Source: Planctomycetota bacterium
Lineage (GTDB): Bacteria > Planctomycetota > UBA1135 > GCA-002748355
Direction of reading: 5' to 3'
Assembly (NCBI GenBank): GCA_011321845.1
Contig: DROQ01000096.1
Location: forward strand, 19,510 to 83,509
Length of the DNA: 64,000 nucleotides
The stretch's first letter is position 1, and the number at the start of each line of letters is the position of its first letter. A program made the translations under genes and the position numbers. Below are positions 48,607-58,239 of the stretch, in pieces. Under the pieces are notes generated by a model. The model made no database searches. It was not told where the DNA came from and worked only from the letters and a program-made list of their open reading frames with translations.

Positions 48607-49413
48607 TCATTTGGGGCGGATCAATTTGATGGCTTTTTGGATGAGTTGAGCGCCTCGTTGGGTATCCATGATCTCCAGGATCTTGGCCGCGGCTTCGGGG
48701 TCCATGGTAACAAGGATTTTCACGGCAAGGTCTTCCTTGTCCGGAAGGAACTCAAGAAGGACTTCCGAAGCCTTCTGTGGCTTCATCAGAGCAAGAGAAA
48801 CAGCCTGGCGCTTCAGGTTTTTCAGCTCGCTCTTCTTGAGAATTGTGATGTCAGCCTGGAAACGTGTCTTCAGAGTTTTCAAATCCTGGATTTTTCGATC
48901 CACTTCTTCCATCTTCCGAAGAACATTGTCCATCTCCTTTCGGATAGACGCCCTTCGGTCTTCGATGTCCGACTCTTGCAATTGGAGTTCGAACTCCCTG
49001 GTCTTGATGGAGGCCTTCTTCGCGAGGAGCTGGTCCTTGAGTTCTTCCGCCGATCGATAGAACTCCAGGATTTCCTCTCTAGTGGTCTGTGGGACAAAGC
49101 TTTTCAGAGTGAAGAGCCGCTTTTTTCGGACGCGGTCCGCTGAAACGATATGAACATCCTTTTTTGCGGGCTTCTCCTGCTCTTGCTTAGGCTCCTTCTT
49201 TTTTGGTTTTTCTTTCACTGCCGAGGCATCGATGGGCCCGAATTCATCGGATTCGGGGGGTTCGGGTTCTTTCAGGAATTGGTTCAAGACAGGAACAGAA
49301 CGAACTCCTTCGGGGTTGAGTCTCCCGGCGACTCCAAGGAGTCCTACGACAGAAGCTCCAAATACCGCCACCCCGGCGGTCGCCAATCCCATGCCCGCAA
49401 TGACACCTTTCAT
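48607..49413 (-). CDS. MotE/YlxF/FlbB-like coiled-coil protein (MgtE-N domain)
   Basis: TM, coiled coil, MKPQKASEVL..MDPEAAAKIL; position after fliJ. Confidence 0.7.
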   Translation of the reverse strand: MKGVIAGMGLATAGVAVFGASVVGLLGVAGRLNPEGVRSVPVLNQFLKEPEPPESDEFGPIDASAVKEKPKKKEPKQEQEKPAKKDVHIVSADRVRKKRLFTLKSFVPQTTREEILEFYRSAEELKDQLLAKKASIKTREFELQLQESDIEDRRASIRKEMDNVLRKMEEVDRKIQDLKTLKTRFQADITILKKSELKNLKRQAVSLALMKPQKASEVLLEFLPDKEDLAVKILVTMDPEAAAKILEIMDTQRGAQLIQKAIKLIRPK

Positions 49414-49424
49414 GCCTCACATCC

Positions 49425-49877
49425 TTATTGAAAAAGAGAACTGTCTCTCTCCTGGGGAGGTCTTCCCCTCGACAAGGAGGCAAGCTCCTCGATCTGATTC
49501 TGTTCCCACTTGGCTTGCTCAGACATCCAAGCATCCCGCCGAATCTCCCTGAGGCGGTCCAGGGCTTTGCGCTCCCTGTAGACTTCCAACCAATCCGACT
49601 CGATCTCTGCCAGGATCGCTTCGGACCTCCGGATCCGGAGCCCCAAGTTTCGGAGAGAATCTCCGAGGCGCATCCAATAGGTCTTCCATATTCCCGCTTG
49701 CGCCCCCATTCGGGCCATTTCACTCTCCGCTTCTTTTCGGGCTGCTTCCAGACGTTCCCTTTGCTGCAGGAGGAGTTCATGCTCGGCCTGAGCCCGCGCA
49801 AATTGGATCCGCTTGGTCTTCTCCGTACGAGAGACCAACTTCCGAACCTTCTCCAGACGAAAGACGAAACGCTTCAT
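49425..49877 (-). CDS. fliJ: Flagellar export protein FliJ
   Basis: MKRFVFRLEKV, coiled coil, EQNQIEE; follows fliI. Confidence 0.85.
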   Translation of the reverse strand: MKRFVFRLEKVRKLVSRTEKTKRIQFARAQAEHELLLQQRERLEAARKEAESEMARMGAQAGIWKTYWMRLGDSLRNLGLRIRRSEAILAEIESDWLEVYRERKALDRLREIRRDAWMSEQAKWEQNQIEELASLSRGRPPQERDSSLFQ

Positions 49878-49906
49878 TGCCCCTTCTTATCGGCAAAATA
49901 GGAGGT

Positions 49907-51223
49907 CTAGGATGAGCCCAGGCCCGACGTCAGCCGTTCCATGAGCTGCTGGGTCTCCGCCAGGCTCCGGTCCTCGGATCCCTGATAGAGCAACTCCTGG
50001 ATCCCCGGCATGAGATCGATGGCAAGATCCAGTTCGGGATCGGCCCCCCTCTTCCAAGCGCCGACCTGGATTAAATCCCGGTTTTCCTCATAGATCGAGA
50101 GGGCCTTACGAAGGAGCCGTGCCTTGGAAACAAGCTCGGGAGGCACGATCCGATCCATAAGACGACTCACCGATCCAAGGATGTCGATCGCGGGGAAATT
50201 CCCTCGGGAGGCGATCTTGCGATCCAGGATGATGTGCCCATCCAGGAGCCCTCGAACGGTGTCTGAAACGGGCTCGTTGAGGTCGTCTCCTTCGACGAGG
50301 ACCGTGAGCATCCCGGTTATCGTACCCCTCCCCCCTGTCCCCAGGCGCTCTACAAGCCGTGGAAGTGTGGCGAAAAAGGAAGGCGGATATCCTCGAAGGG
50401 TAGGAGGCTCTCCCGCCGCCAACCCAATTTCCCGGGAGGCAGCGGCGAACCGGGTTACGGAATCCATCATGAAGAGAACGTTCTTTCCCTGATCCCGAAA
50501 GTATTCGGCGATCGTGACGGCAGAGAAGCTCGCCTTGTAGCGGAGGAGTGGCGAGGCATCGCTTGTCGCAACGATCAAAACCGACTTTGCCATCCCCTCG
50601 GGTCCCAAGACTCCTTCGACGAAATCCTTGACCTCACGGCCACGCTCTCCGATGAGAGCGATGACGTTGACATCTGAACTTGCGCCCCTGGCGATCATCC
50701 CCAGGAGAGTGGACTTGCCAACACCTGAGCCGGCAAAGATCCCGATTCTCTGACCGAGTCCATTGGTCAAGAACCCATCAATGGCGGAGATCCCTGTTTC
50801 AATGGGGGCGACAATCGGTTGACGTTCCATGGGGGAGGGAGGATCCCGCTGGACATCCAGTTCCTTTCCCCGAGGGGCGGGCCCCCCATCCAGGGGCCTT
50901 CCCAACCCATCCAATACTCTCCCGAGACATTCGTCCCCCACCCGGATGGAGAGAGGGCTCCCCGTCTGCTTGACGGGGTCTCCCGGGGCAACCCCCAGAG
51001 CGTTCCCGATAGGCATCAATACCGCGTGTCCACGGGAAAAACCTACGATTTCCGCGGGGACCGCTCCACTCTTGGCAGAAACCAGGCACAGCTCGCCCAA
51101 GGCAGCTTCCAGGCCCACGGCCTCCATCGTGATACCGGAGAGCCCTGTAATCTTGCCGATCTGCTCCCGCCGAGGGACCTCCTGTCCCAAGCTCAAGACC
51201 TGTTCCCAGCCGGGAAGATTCAT
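49907..51223 (-). CDS. fliI: Flagellar export ATPase FliI
   Basis: AGSGVGKST, IGERGREV, MDSVTRF, GEPPTLRGYPPS, LDGHI. Confidence 0.95.
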   Translation of the reverse strand: MNLPGWEQVLSLGQEVPRREQIGKITGLSGITMEAVGLEAALGELCLVSAKSGAVPAEIVGFSRGHAVLMPIGNALGVAPGDPVKQTGSPLSIRVGDECLGRVLDGLGRPLDGGPAPRGKELDVQRDPPSPMERQPIVAPIETGISAIDGFLTNGLGQRIGIFAGSGVGKSTLLGMIARGASSDVNVIALIGERGREVKDFVEGVLGPEGMAKSVLIVATSDASPLLRYKASFSAVTIAEYFRDQGKNVLFMMDSVTRFAAASREIGLAAGEPPTLRGYPPSFFATLPRLVERLGTGGRGTITGMLTVLVEGDDLNEPVSDTVRGLLDGHIILDRKIASRGNFPAIDILGSVSRLMDRIVPPELVSKARLLRKALSIYEENRDLIQVGAWKRGADPELDLAIDLMPGIQELLYQGSEDRSLAETQQLMERLTSGLGSS

Positions 51224-51834
51224 GCGCCCAACTCTCCACGGATTTTTTGGACCATCCCCTCCAAAACCGTACGAGGGTCCTGAACAATCCTGCAATGGTT
51301 GCTTTCAATCCTGCAAGATCCGACAGGAACGGTTGGATCCACCTGGTATTCGACACGGCCCACGGAACCCTCTGCCCCATCGTCCTTTCCGTTTCCCATC
51401 CGTTCGAGCACAAGGCCCAGGTCCTGAGGATTCAAATAGATCGTAAGTTGCCCGCTCCCCACGCCCACGGCATGGGAGAGCGAGTCCCGGATGGTCGCGA
51501 CAAGGTCGTAGTTCCCTGCCTCCAACTCCCTCCCCAAAGCTTCCCCAGCCAAGCGAAGGGCGAGTTCCAAAACATAAGAAGCCCATTCGTCCAACCGACT
51601 CTCAACGAGCCCCCGCAACTCCGGCAGGGTTCTTTCAATGCTCTGGAAGACTCGTTGGACAGCCTCTCGCTCCTGTTCTTCCTTCCGGACCTTTTCGAGA
51701 ACAGGGTCGTAAACCTGGTTAGCAGCGTTCTGGGCGGGGTCCATAGCGAGCGGTTCACAGATTCCTTCCCCAATGGCCTGGGAAAGGCGAACCTGGTGGA
51801 GCCTCGCTGGAAAGCGAAGAGTAACAGACTTCAT
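51220..51834 (-). CDS. fliH: Flagellar assembly protein FliH
   Basis: IYLNPQD, GSCRIES; located between fliG and fliI. Confidence 0.8.
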   Translation of the reverse strand: MKSVTLRFPARLHQVRLSQAIGEGICEPLAMDPAQNAANQVYDPVLEKVRKEEQEREAVQRVFQSIERTLPELRGLVESRLDEWASYVLELALRLAGEALGRELEAGNYDLVATIRDSLSHAVGVGSGQLTIYLNPQDLGLVLERMGNGKDDGAEGSVGRVEYQVDPTVPVGSCRIESNHCRIVQDPRTVLEGMVQKIRGELGA

Positions 51835-52847
51835 ACCATCTGCTCCGCGCCACCGCCCACGGGCTGGATATCCCCACTCTCGATCATCGAACGAACGGTT
51901 CCCAGGATTTCCTTCTGAGCATCCAGAACTTCGCTCAAGGGAACAGGGCCCTTTGCATCCCGCTCGTCCACCACAATCTCCTTAGCCCTCTTCGAGAGAT
52001 TATTGAAGATGTTCGCCTCCGTCTCCGGACTGCAGGCTTTGAGCGCAAGGGCAAGGACCGCGGTATCAATCGAAGCCAACACTTTCTGCATCGGCTTCTT
52101 ATCGAGTAAGGCGAGATCATCAAAAGTGAACATCTCCTCGCGAATGGACTCGGCGACGGTCTCATCCTTGTCCGAAATCATATCCAGGACCGCCTTTTCC
52201 CCCGATCCCCCCACGTTGTTCAAAATACTCGCCGCCTTTTTGATCCATACCTTTGGCTCGGAACGGCCCATGGAGAGGTTCAAATCCTTGATCTTCTTCC
52301 TCATGACTTCGACAACCCTTTGGATCACTTCGGGCGAGGAATGGCCGAGGGTCGCGATCCGATGCAGGAGGTTGGCCCGGACCTCCTCAGGAAGTTTGGC
52401 AAGCACCTTTCCGGACTTCCCTGCATCCAAATGGGCCAAAAAAATCGCCGTGATTTGAGGGTGTTCGTCGATCAGGAGGCTTACCAGATCCTCGTCCGAG
52501 ATCTCCTCGAACACAGCAAAGGGCCTCTGATCCAGGGTCTTCTGCTCCACACTGCTGATCAATTCCTGCCCCTTCTCTTCTCCGAAGGCCTTTTTCAACA
52601 CCTCTCGAATCGTGACCCCCACATCTCCCAGAAGAAGGCCGGCCCCCTTGAATCGCTCCGCCGCCTCGGAAAAAACGCTCACAAGATCCCCCTCCCCAAA
52701 AGCGATTTCCTCCAACTCCTTCATCGCACGTGTCAAGGTTTCGACCTGGTCCTCTCCCATATGGCGAAGCACACTCGCAGACAATTCCGGATCGATCCCC
52801 AGGAGGATCGCGGCGATCTTTTGGTTTTTTGTCAGACCGTCACTCAT
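51831..52847 (-). CDS. fliG: Flagellar motor switch protein FliG
   Basis: KIAAILL, EHPQ, MFTFDDL, LALALK. Confidence 0.95.
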   Translation of the reverse strand: MSDGLTKNQKIAAILLGIDPELSASVLRHMGEDQVETLTRAMKELEEIAFGEGDLVSVFSEAAERFKGAGLLLGDVGVTIREVLKKAFGEEKGQELISSVEQKTLDQRPFAVFEEISDEDLVSLLIDEHPQITAIFLAHLDAGKSGKVLAKLPEEVRANLLHRIATLGHSSPEVIQRVVEVMRKKIKDLNLSMGRSEPKVWIKKAASILNNVGGSGEKAVLDMISDKDETVAESIREEMFTFDDLALLDKKPMQKVLASIDTAVLALALKACSPETEANIFNNLSKRAKEIVVDERDAKGPVPLSEVLDAQKEILGTVRSMIESGDIQPVGGGAEQMV

Positions 52848-54367
52848 GATGCGTCCGCTTTCTCCCGCAACCAATTCTCCATGAGCCTACCGACGCTTCC
52901 CGGGTCCTCGGCGACCACCTTTTCGATCTCCCGGCGGAGCTTTTTAATTTGCTGGGCAGGGGTCAACTCCTCCTCTCCGACCATTGCCGAAGCCCCGCCC
53001 CCCCCAACTCCCACGCTCTCTACTCCCGAAACGGACACCTTCTTCCCCTTTTTGAGGAGTCCCTTCAGGAACAGAAGCACAAAGAGGATGGAGAGGATCT
53101 GAGCGGCCAAAGGACCATATTGTTTCACCATCTCCATGATCCCATTCTCGGCAGGACCTTCCTCCGCCTCTTTGGGGAATTCCATCACAGCGGGAGTGAT
53201 CGTCCCATCACGCTTGGGATCCCAGCCAACGGCCCCCATGACGAGGTTTACGATCTGAGTTTTGTCCTTTTCCAAACTCTTGTCAATCGCAAGAGAGATT
53301 GTGAGCTTCTTTACCTCCGGGGCGAGTGGACGTATCACGCGAGTCCCGAGGTTGGACTCATAGATCTCATGGGATCTACTCTCCTCCTGGGTATTGGCCC
53401 CACCCTCGCCGATCCCTTGGCCGGCGGAACCTCCCGCAATGGATCCTACTCCAGGGTCTCCTTGGGCCACTTTAGGCCGATTCACGGAGTTGGACTTGGT
53501 TGTTGTCTTTTCTTTGAGGATCTTGTCCGTCGGAGTGATGGTTTCCTTGAGGCTTGTAATCGTATTGGCATAGGTGACGGAGGCGGAAACTTGGGTTTTT
53601 CCCGGGTAGAGACGTTCCAGGGCCATCTGAGCCTTGGCGGTAAGGATCGAGGAATGCTTCATCTCAAGAGACAGGAGATCGGAGCTTGCCCCTCCGCCCG
53701 CGACATCGCCTTCCGAAAAGGAGTGTCCATCCGTACTATTCACGGTCACCATGGAGCGGTCGATCCCTAACGATTTCGTGGTGATCTCGATAGCCTGCCT
53801 CGCGACCGACTTAAAGTTTTCGGGCCTCCTCAGAGAAATGATGACACTGGCGCTCGGTTGGGCGGCGAGATCCTTGGAGACGAAGAAACTCCTCCGCGGG
53901 TTGTTATAGATGACCTTGGCCCACACAACCGAGCGATTGGCTTGGATCGCCTTCTCGACCTCTTTCGCCCGGACTCTGCGCATCATCTCATGGGTCATGT
54001 CCCTGGACATTGTGACCGAATCCAGAGCGCTCAGGGGGGAAGAATCATCACTGCCTTTTCCCAATCCGGCTTTGGCCAGAGCTGTCCCGGCCTTGGATTT
54101 GTCCCGAGAATCCACAAGGAGGACATCCCCTTGAATCCTGATCTGGACTCCCGCATCCTCCAAAAGGCGGATCGCTTTGGATCGCTCTTCTCCCACGAGA
54201 TCATTCCTGAAAGGAACGTAATCAGGTCGCGTGCCAAAGTAGATCAGCGAGACCATCCCCAAGACAACTGCGGTCAAAACAGCCCCAACGATCAATCTTT
54301 GGGCTCCGGACAACTGGATCCAGATGTTCTTGAGTTGGCTTATCAAGTCCTGCAAAAACTGTGGCAT
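52844..54367 (-). CDS. fliF: Flagellar MS-ring protein FliF
   Basis: Two TMs, PSASV, AVGWDPKRD, C-terminal LMENWL; located between fliE and fliG. Confidence 0.85.
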   Translation of the reverse strand: MPQFLQDLISQLKNIWIQLSGAQRLIVGAVLTAVVLGMVSLIYFGTRPDYVPFRNDLVGEERSKAIRLLEDAGVQIRIQGDVLLVDSRDKSKAGTALAKAGLGKGSDDSSPLSALDSVTMSRDMTHEMMRRVRAKEVEKAIQANRSVVWAKVIYNNPRRSFFVSKDLAAQPSASVIISLRRPENFKSVARQAIEITTKSLGIDRSMVTVNSTDGHSFSEGDVAGGGASSDLLSLEMKHSSILTAKAQMALERLYPGKTQVSASVTYANTITSLKETITPTDKILKEKTTTKSNSVNRPKVAQGDPGVGSIAGGSAGQGIGEGGANTQEESRSHEIYESNLGTRVIRPLAPEVKKLTISLAIDKSLEKDKTQIVNLVMGAVGWDPKRDGTITPAVMEFPKEAEEGPAENGIMEMVKQYGPLAAQILSILFVLLFLKGLLKKGKKVSVSGVESVGVGGGGASAMVGEEELTPAQQIKKLRREIEKVVAEDPGSVGRLMENWLREKADAS

Positions 54368-54428
54368 TCTCCACCCTTTTCAAAAATGGGCCGAATCGAA
54401 GATCCCAGGGGACCCCCGACCAACCGGG

Positions 54429-54785
54429 TCAGACCTGAATCCTGGTTACTTCTTTCCATGCCTCGACAAGCCGACTGCGAATTTCCAACATGAGCTTGAA
54501 GGCGATGTCGGATTTACCCATGGCCGCCATGACTTCTTCCACGCTCTTGGTCTCACCAGTGACGAGGCCTTCCATTTTCTTTTTCACTTCCATTTGCCGG
54601 CCGGAAACTTCTTTCAAACCATCCAGCAACAGGTTCCCAAAATCGACTCCGTCGGCGCTCCTTTTCTCGCTGTCCCCGGAGATTTCAGGGTCCAGAAAAG
54701 GATCTCCACCCTTGGGCCTGATCCCACCCAAGGGTTTCTGAAAAAGGGCCTTAGCCCCGTCTTGAAGCATTTTTATTGTTTCCAT
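54429..54785 (-). CDS. fliE: Flagellar hook-basal body protein FliE
   Basis: FGNLL..EVM..AFKLMLEIRSRLVEAWKEVTRIQV. Confidence 0.9.
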   Translation of the reverse strand: METIKMLQDGAKALFQKPLGGIRPKGGDPFLDPEISGDSEKRSADGVDFGNLLLDGLKEVSGRQMEVKKKMEGLVTGETKSVEEVMAAMGKSDIAFKLMLEIRSRLVEAWKEVTRIQV

Positions 54786-55198
54786 CAGCGCGAACTCATA
54801 TTGCTTACGGCTTGCTTGGCCATCGACCGATAAGCCCTGAAAGCCTGGAGGTTGGAGATGAAGGATCGACGAGCGGAGGCGAGATCCACCATCTCAAACA
54901 TGATGTTTACGTTGGGAAGCCGAACAAACCCCTCGGAGTCGGCATACGGGTGCCCAGGAATCCGAACGCGCGGATGCTCGCTCTTCAGATCCGGAGCAAC
55001 AGATTGGACCGCGACACCTCCCTCAACCCCCTCGCCATCCAAGATCTCTCTGAAGGTTACCTGCTTGCGCTGGTAGGGACCGTCCGGGCCAATCGTGTTC
55101 GCGTTTGCGATATTGGAGGCAATGATGTCCATGCGCGTTCGCTCCGCCGACATCCCGGAAATAGAAATATCAAAACCACCAAAGATTCCTTCTGCCAT
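54785..55198 (-). CDS. flgC: Basal-body rod protein FlgC
   Basis: SGMSAERTRMDIIASNIANA, PGHPYAD.GFVRLPNV..EMVD. Confidence 0.95.
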   Translation of the reverse strand: MAEGIFGGFDISISGMSAERTRMDIIASNIANANTIGPDGPYQRKQVTFREILDGEGVEGGVAVQSVAPDLKSEHPRVRIPGHPYADSEGFVRLPNVNIMFEMVDLASARRSFISNLQAFRAYRSMAKQAVSNMSSR

Positions 55199-55213
55199 GA
55201 TTCAAATCCTCCC

Positions 55214-55564
55214 TTAACGAGCCCTGATCGCTTCCACCATGGTCTTGTAGGTTCCGCCAGCGGCCTTGGTGAAGATTTCATGGAGCAGCTTGACCTTCTC
55301 CATCTTCATCAGCTCATTCATCACATTCACATCATTGCCATTGGCCTTGATCTCGGTTTTTCCCTCTTGAGTGACAGAGAACTGGACAGCGTCCAAGTTC
55401 TTTGGATCCCCGAGGGCGTCCCCGAGAACCGCCTCAAAGGGAACATCCTTGGTCCTGTAACCGGGGGTGTTCTGATTGGCGATGTTGTTCGTAATAACCC
55501 TTTGTTTGAGTTCCAGCCCGGAGAGGGCCTTCTCATAGAAGAGGGTGATGCGATCCAGATTCAT
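55214..55564 (-). CDS. flgB: Basal-body rod protein FlgB
   Basis: NNIANQNTPGYRTKDV.F, NGNDVN. Confidence 0.93.
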   Translation of the reverse strand: MNLDRITLFYEKALSGLELKQRVITNNIANQNTPGYRTKDVPFEAVLGDALGDPKNLDAVQFSVTQEGKTEIKANGNDVNVMNELMKMEKVKLLHEIFTKAAGGTYKTMVEAIRAR

Positions 55565-55584
55565 CCTGACAATCCTTTGCCGTT

Positions 55585-55639
55585 AAAAAGTCCATGCGAA
55601 TGGACTTTAGTTATCGACAGAAAGTGTCGGAAATCTTTA
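55585..55639 (-). promoter_or_regulatory. Sigma28-like promoter plus perfect hairpin upstream of flgB
   Basis: TAAA-N17-GTCGATAA (55639-55611); AAAGTCCAT-N4-ATGGACTTT (55587-55608). Confidence 0.5.
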
Positions 55640-55673
55640 CGCCCGGGCGAATTCTCAAGGCTTCCGGGGTGGA

Positions 55674-57116
55674 TCAGCCGTGGGCGGGAGGTGTTTTTAG
55701 ACGGTTGTAGAGGGTCCTCGGCGTAACCCCGAGGATCTTGGCGGCTTTTGTTCGATTTCCCCCACAAACCTTGAGCGTCTCATGAATGAGGCGGTCTTCG
55801 ACCTCCTTGATCGTCCTCCCGACCAAAGCCTTGATTCCATCCTGGACCGGCTTCTTTGGGCTTGGACGCGGAAGCTCCACGGTGGGATTGCTCTCTCCAA
55901 GCCAAGAGACAACAAGCTCCGGCCGGATCACACCGTCTTGAGCCAGGACCACAGCCCTCTGGACCAGGTTTCTTACTTCTCTCACATTCCCCGGCCAGGA
56001 ATAATTCTGAAACAATTGTTCTGTTTTCGCATCCAGGATCAAAGAACGATCTCCCCCCTGTTTTCGGATCTCCCGGTCCAGGAAGTGCCGAACGAGAGGA
56101 AGGATATCCTCCCTCCTCTCTCTCAAAGGTGGGATGTGGATGGGAAAAACATTCAAACGGAAAAACAGGTCTTCGCGGAAAGCCCCCTTGCCCACCTGCT
56201 CCTCGAGGTTTCGATTGGTCGCGGCGACCACTCTTACGTCAACGGCCCTCTCACGGTCTCCCCCTACTCTCTGGACGATCCGATCTTCGAGCACTCGCAA
56301 CAATTTCGCCTGGAGGCCAAGAGGGATTTCACCGATCTCATCCAAGAAGATGGTTCCCCCGTTCGCAATCTCGAATTTCCCAGGACGAGCCTTGTTCGCT
56401 CCTGTAAAAGCCCCCGCCTCATGGCCGAAAAATTCGCTCTCCATCAGGGTTTCGGGTACAGCGGCACAGTTCACCTTGACAAAGGGCTTTCGTTTACGAA
56501 GTGAAGCATTGTGGAGTTCATTCGCAATTACTTCCTTCCCTGTTCCACTCTCCCCCGTGAGAAGGACAGTGACCGACTCCCTGGCAACCCTCCTTGCCAG
56601 GTGGACAACAGCATGCATTCCAGGGCTCTCGCAGATGATCTCTCCCTCGGAATTCGTCTGGGAGCGGAGATAGCGATTCTCCTCGACTAAGGTCTGTTTC
56701 TTACGAAGCCGCTCTAGAACGAGTTCGATCTGCTCCAACCCCACAGGTTTCACTAAGACATCATCCGCCCCCAGCCGAAGAGCTTTGACCGCAAGCTCGG
56801 TGGTCCCATAGGCCGTCACCAAGACGAGAGGGGTCTCTTTTTCCGCGTCCCTGAGACGCTCCAACAGCTCCAGACCGGTCATCCGTGGCATTTTTTGATC
56901 GGAAACAATCAGGTCGAATTCCGACCTTTCGAGAAGTCTCCAAGCTGCCAGCCCATCATCCACCGCCTTAACCTTGACCCCGAGGTTCACAAAGGCTTCT
57001 TCCAGGAAGGACCGGGAGAGAGGATCATCGTCCACAACCAGAATCCGCCAATCCTGGATATCCGAACTCAAGCCCCCTTTCTTGGGGCAAACAGTTCTCT
57101 CCTTGACCTCAAGCAT
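55674..57116 (-). CDS. Sigma54-dependent response regulator (FleR/FlrC/FlgR-like)
   Basis: REC, GESGTGKE, GAFTGA, FLDEIGE, FREDLFFRL, WPGNVRE, Fis-type HTH. Confidence 0.92.
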   Translation of the reverse strand: MLEVKERTVCPKKGGLSSDIQDWRILVVDDDPLSRSFLEEAFVNLGVKVKAVDDGLAAWRLLERSEFDLIVSDQKMPRMTGLELLERLRDAEKETPLVLVTAYGTTELAVKALRLGADDVLVKPVGLEQIELVLERLRKKQTLVEENRYLRSQTNSEGEIICESPGMHAVVHLARRVARESVTVLLTGESGTGKEVIANELHNASLRKRKPFVKVNCAAVPETLMESEFFGHEAGAFTGANKARPGKFEIANGGTIFLDEIGEIPLGLQAKLLRVLEDRIVQRVGGDRERAVDVRVVAATNRNLEEQVGKGAFREDLFFRLNVFPIHIPPLRERREDILPLVRHFLDREIRKQGGDRSLILDAKTEQLFQNYSWPGNVREVRNLVQRAVVLAQDGVIRPELVVSWLGESNPTVELPRPSPKKPVQDGIKALVGRTIKEVEDRLIHETLKVCGGNRTKAAKILGVTPRTLYNRLKTPPAHG

Positions 57117-58239
57117 CCCCCCCCCTTTGTCCACATCGAACCCGAAGCTCGAACCTGGCCCCAGGAACTCCGTCATTGAGGGCAACGATACTCCCTCCCA
57201 TGGACTCCATGGCCTTCCGGCAAAAGGCGAGTCCCAAACCGGTTCCTTCGCTTTTTCCCGTAACAAAAGGGTCGAACACCCGTTCTCGCCAACCCGCGGG
57301 AATACCGGAACCATCATCCTCCACAAGGAGGGCAATCCACTGGGGCCCTCGACTTTTTCGCTCGAAGCGCACTTCCGTGGCGCCTGCTTCCTTGGCGTTT
57401 CGGACAAGGTTCTCCAGTACCGTGGGAAAGGCGATAGGATCCGCCTCGATCAAAAGCCTACCGTCCTCTTCAGAACAAGAGACTCGAAAATCTTCAACCA
57501 AAGGGCGCAGCCAGGACCTCAGGCTCATGGTCTTGGGGTTCCCCCGCTTTTCGGGCCGGGCGAATGCGAGGAGGTCGCTGACGATCCTCTCCACCCTCCC
57601 CACTCCCAGCTCGATGTTCTCGGCCCACTGTGCGACTCTCTCTGAATGAGGGTTCCTCCGCATGAGGGAGGCATAGCCACGAACCCCATTGAGAGGGTTT
57701 CTGATCTCGTGAGCAACCCCCAGGGAAAGGGTGGCGAGCCCTTCAATACGGTCCAATCGAGCCAACTCTTCTTGCAATGAAAGAACCTCTGTCTGATCGA
57801 CAACAAAATGAAGGACTTCGGACTCCTTGGAACCTAGTTGCAGGCTGGTGACATCCAGGTTGCGCCTTCTTCCATCCATCCCCTCGATCTCCAAACGCGC
57901 GACACCTTTCCCCGGCACAAGCCGGCATAGCTCCGGAGCGAGTACCCCGTCCAGATCCTGGAGGAGACGCTTTCCCTCATCATTCCCCGGCCTGAGACCC
58001 TCGGGTCCTTGATGAAAAACCCCTAGAGGCATGGATTGGAGAATGCGTTCACGTTCCTCCAATCGGCTCCTCAAGGCTCGATTGGTCTCGGCCAACTCCC
58101 GATCCACCGAAGCGGCTCTCTCCTTCAGACTCTGGTAAGCTTTTTGAAGCTCATGGGTCGCCCTTTGGAATTGTTGGAACTGCGCCCTCAACTCCTCGAT
58201 CCCGACCTCTTTGTCCTCAAAGCAGTCCGCGCTTACCAT
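57109..58239 (-). CDS. Cytoplasmic sensor histidine kinase (FleS/FlrB-like)
   Basis: N-terminal coiled coil and PAS-like region, AHEIRNPL, NLVRNA, DDGSG, GTGLGL; no TM. Confidence 0.88.
   Translation of the reverse strand: MVSADCFEDKEVGIEELRAQFQQFQRATHELQKAYQSLKERAASVDRELAETNRALRSRLEERERILQSMPLGVFHQGPEGLRPGNDEGKRLLQDLDGVLAPELCRLVPGKGVARLEIEGMDGRRRNLDVTSLQLGSKESEVLHFVVDQTEVLSLQEELARLDRIEGLATLSLGVAHEIRNPLNGVRGYASLMRRNPHSERVAQWAENIELGVGRVERIVSDLLAFARPEKRGNPKTMSLRSWLRPLVEDFRVSCSEEDGRLLIEADPIAFPTVLENLVRNAKEAGATEVRFERKSRGPQWIALLVEDDGSGIPAGWRERVFDPFVTGKSEGTGLGLAFCRKAMESMGGSIVALNDGVPGARFELRVRCGQRGGDA

Noticed and set aside
49907-55564. Injectisome (non-flagellar T3SS) interpretation
   Set aside because: flgB, flgC, fliE, fliM with its CheY peptide, fliL and motAB identify it as flagellar
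55563-55583. Sigma54 -24/-12 site before flgB (CGGCAAAGGATTGTC)
   Set aside because: Lacks the GC at GG-N10 spacing and is too close to the start codon
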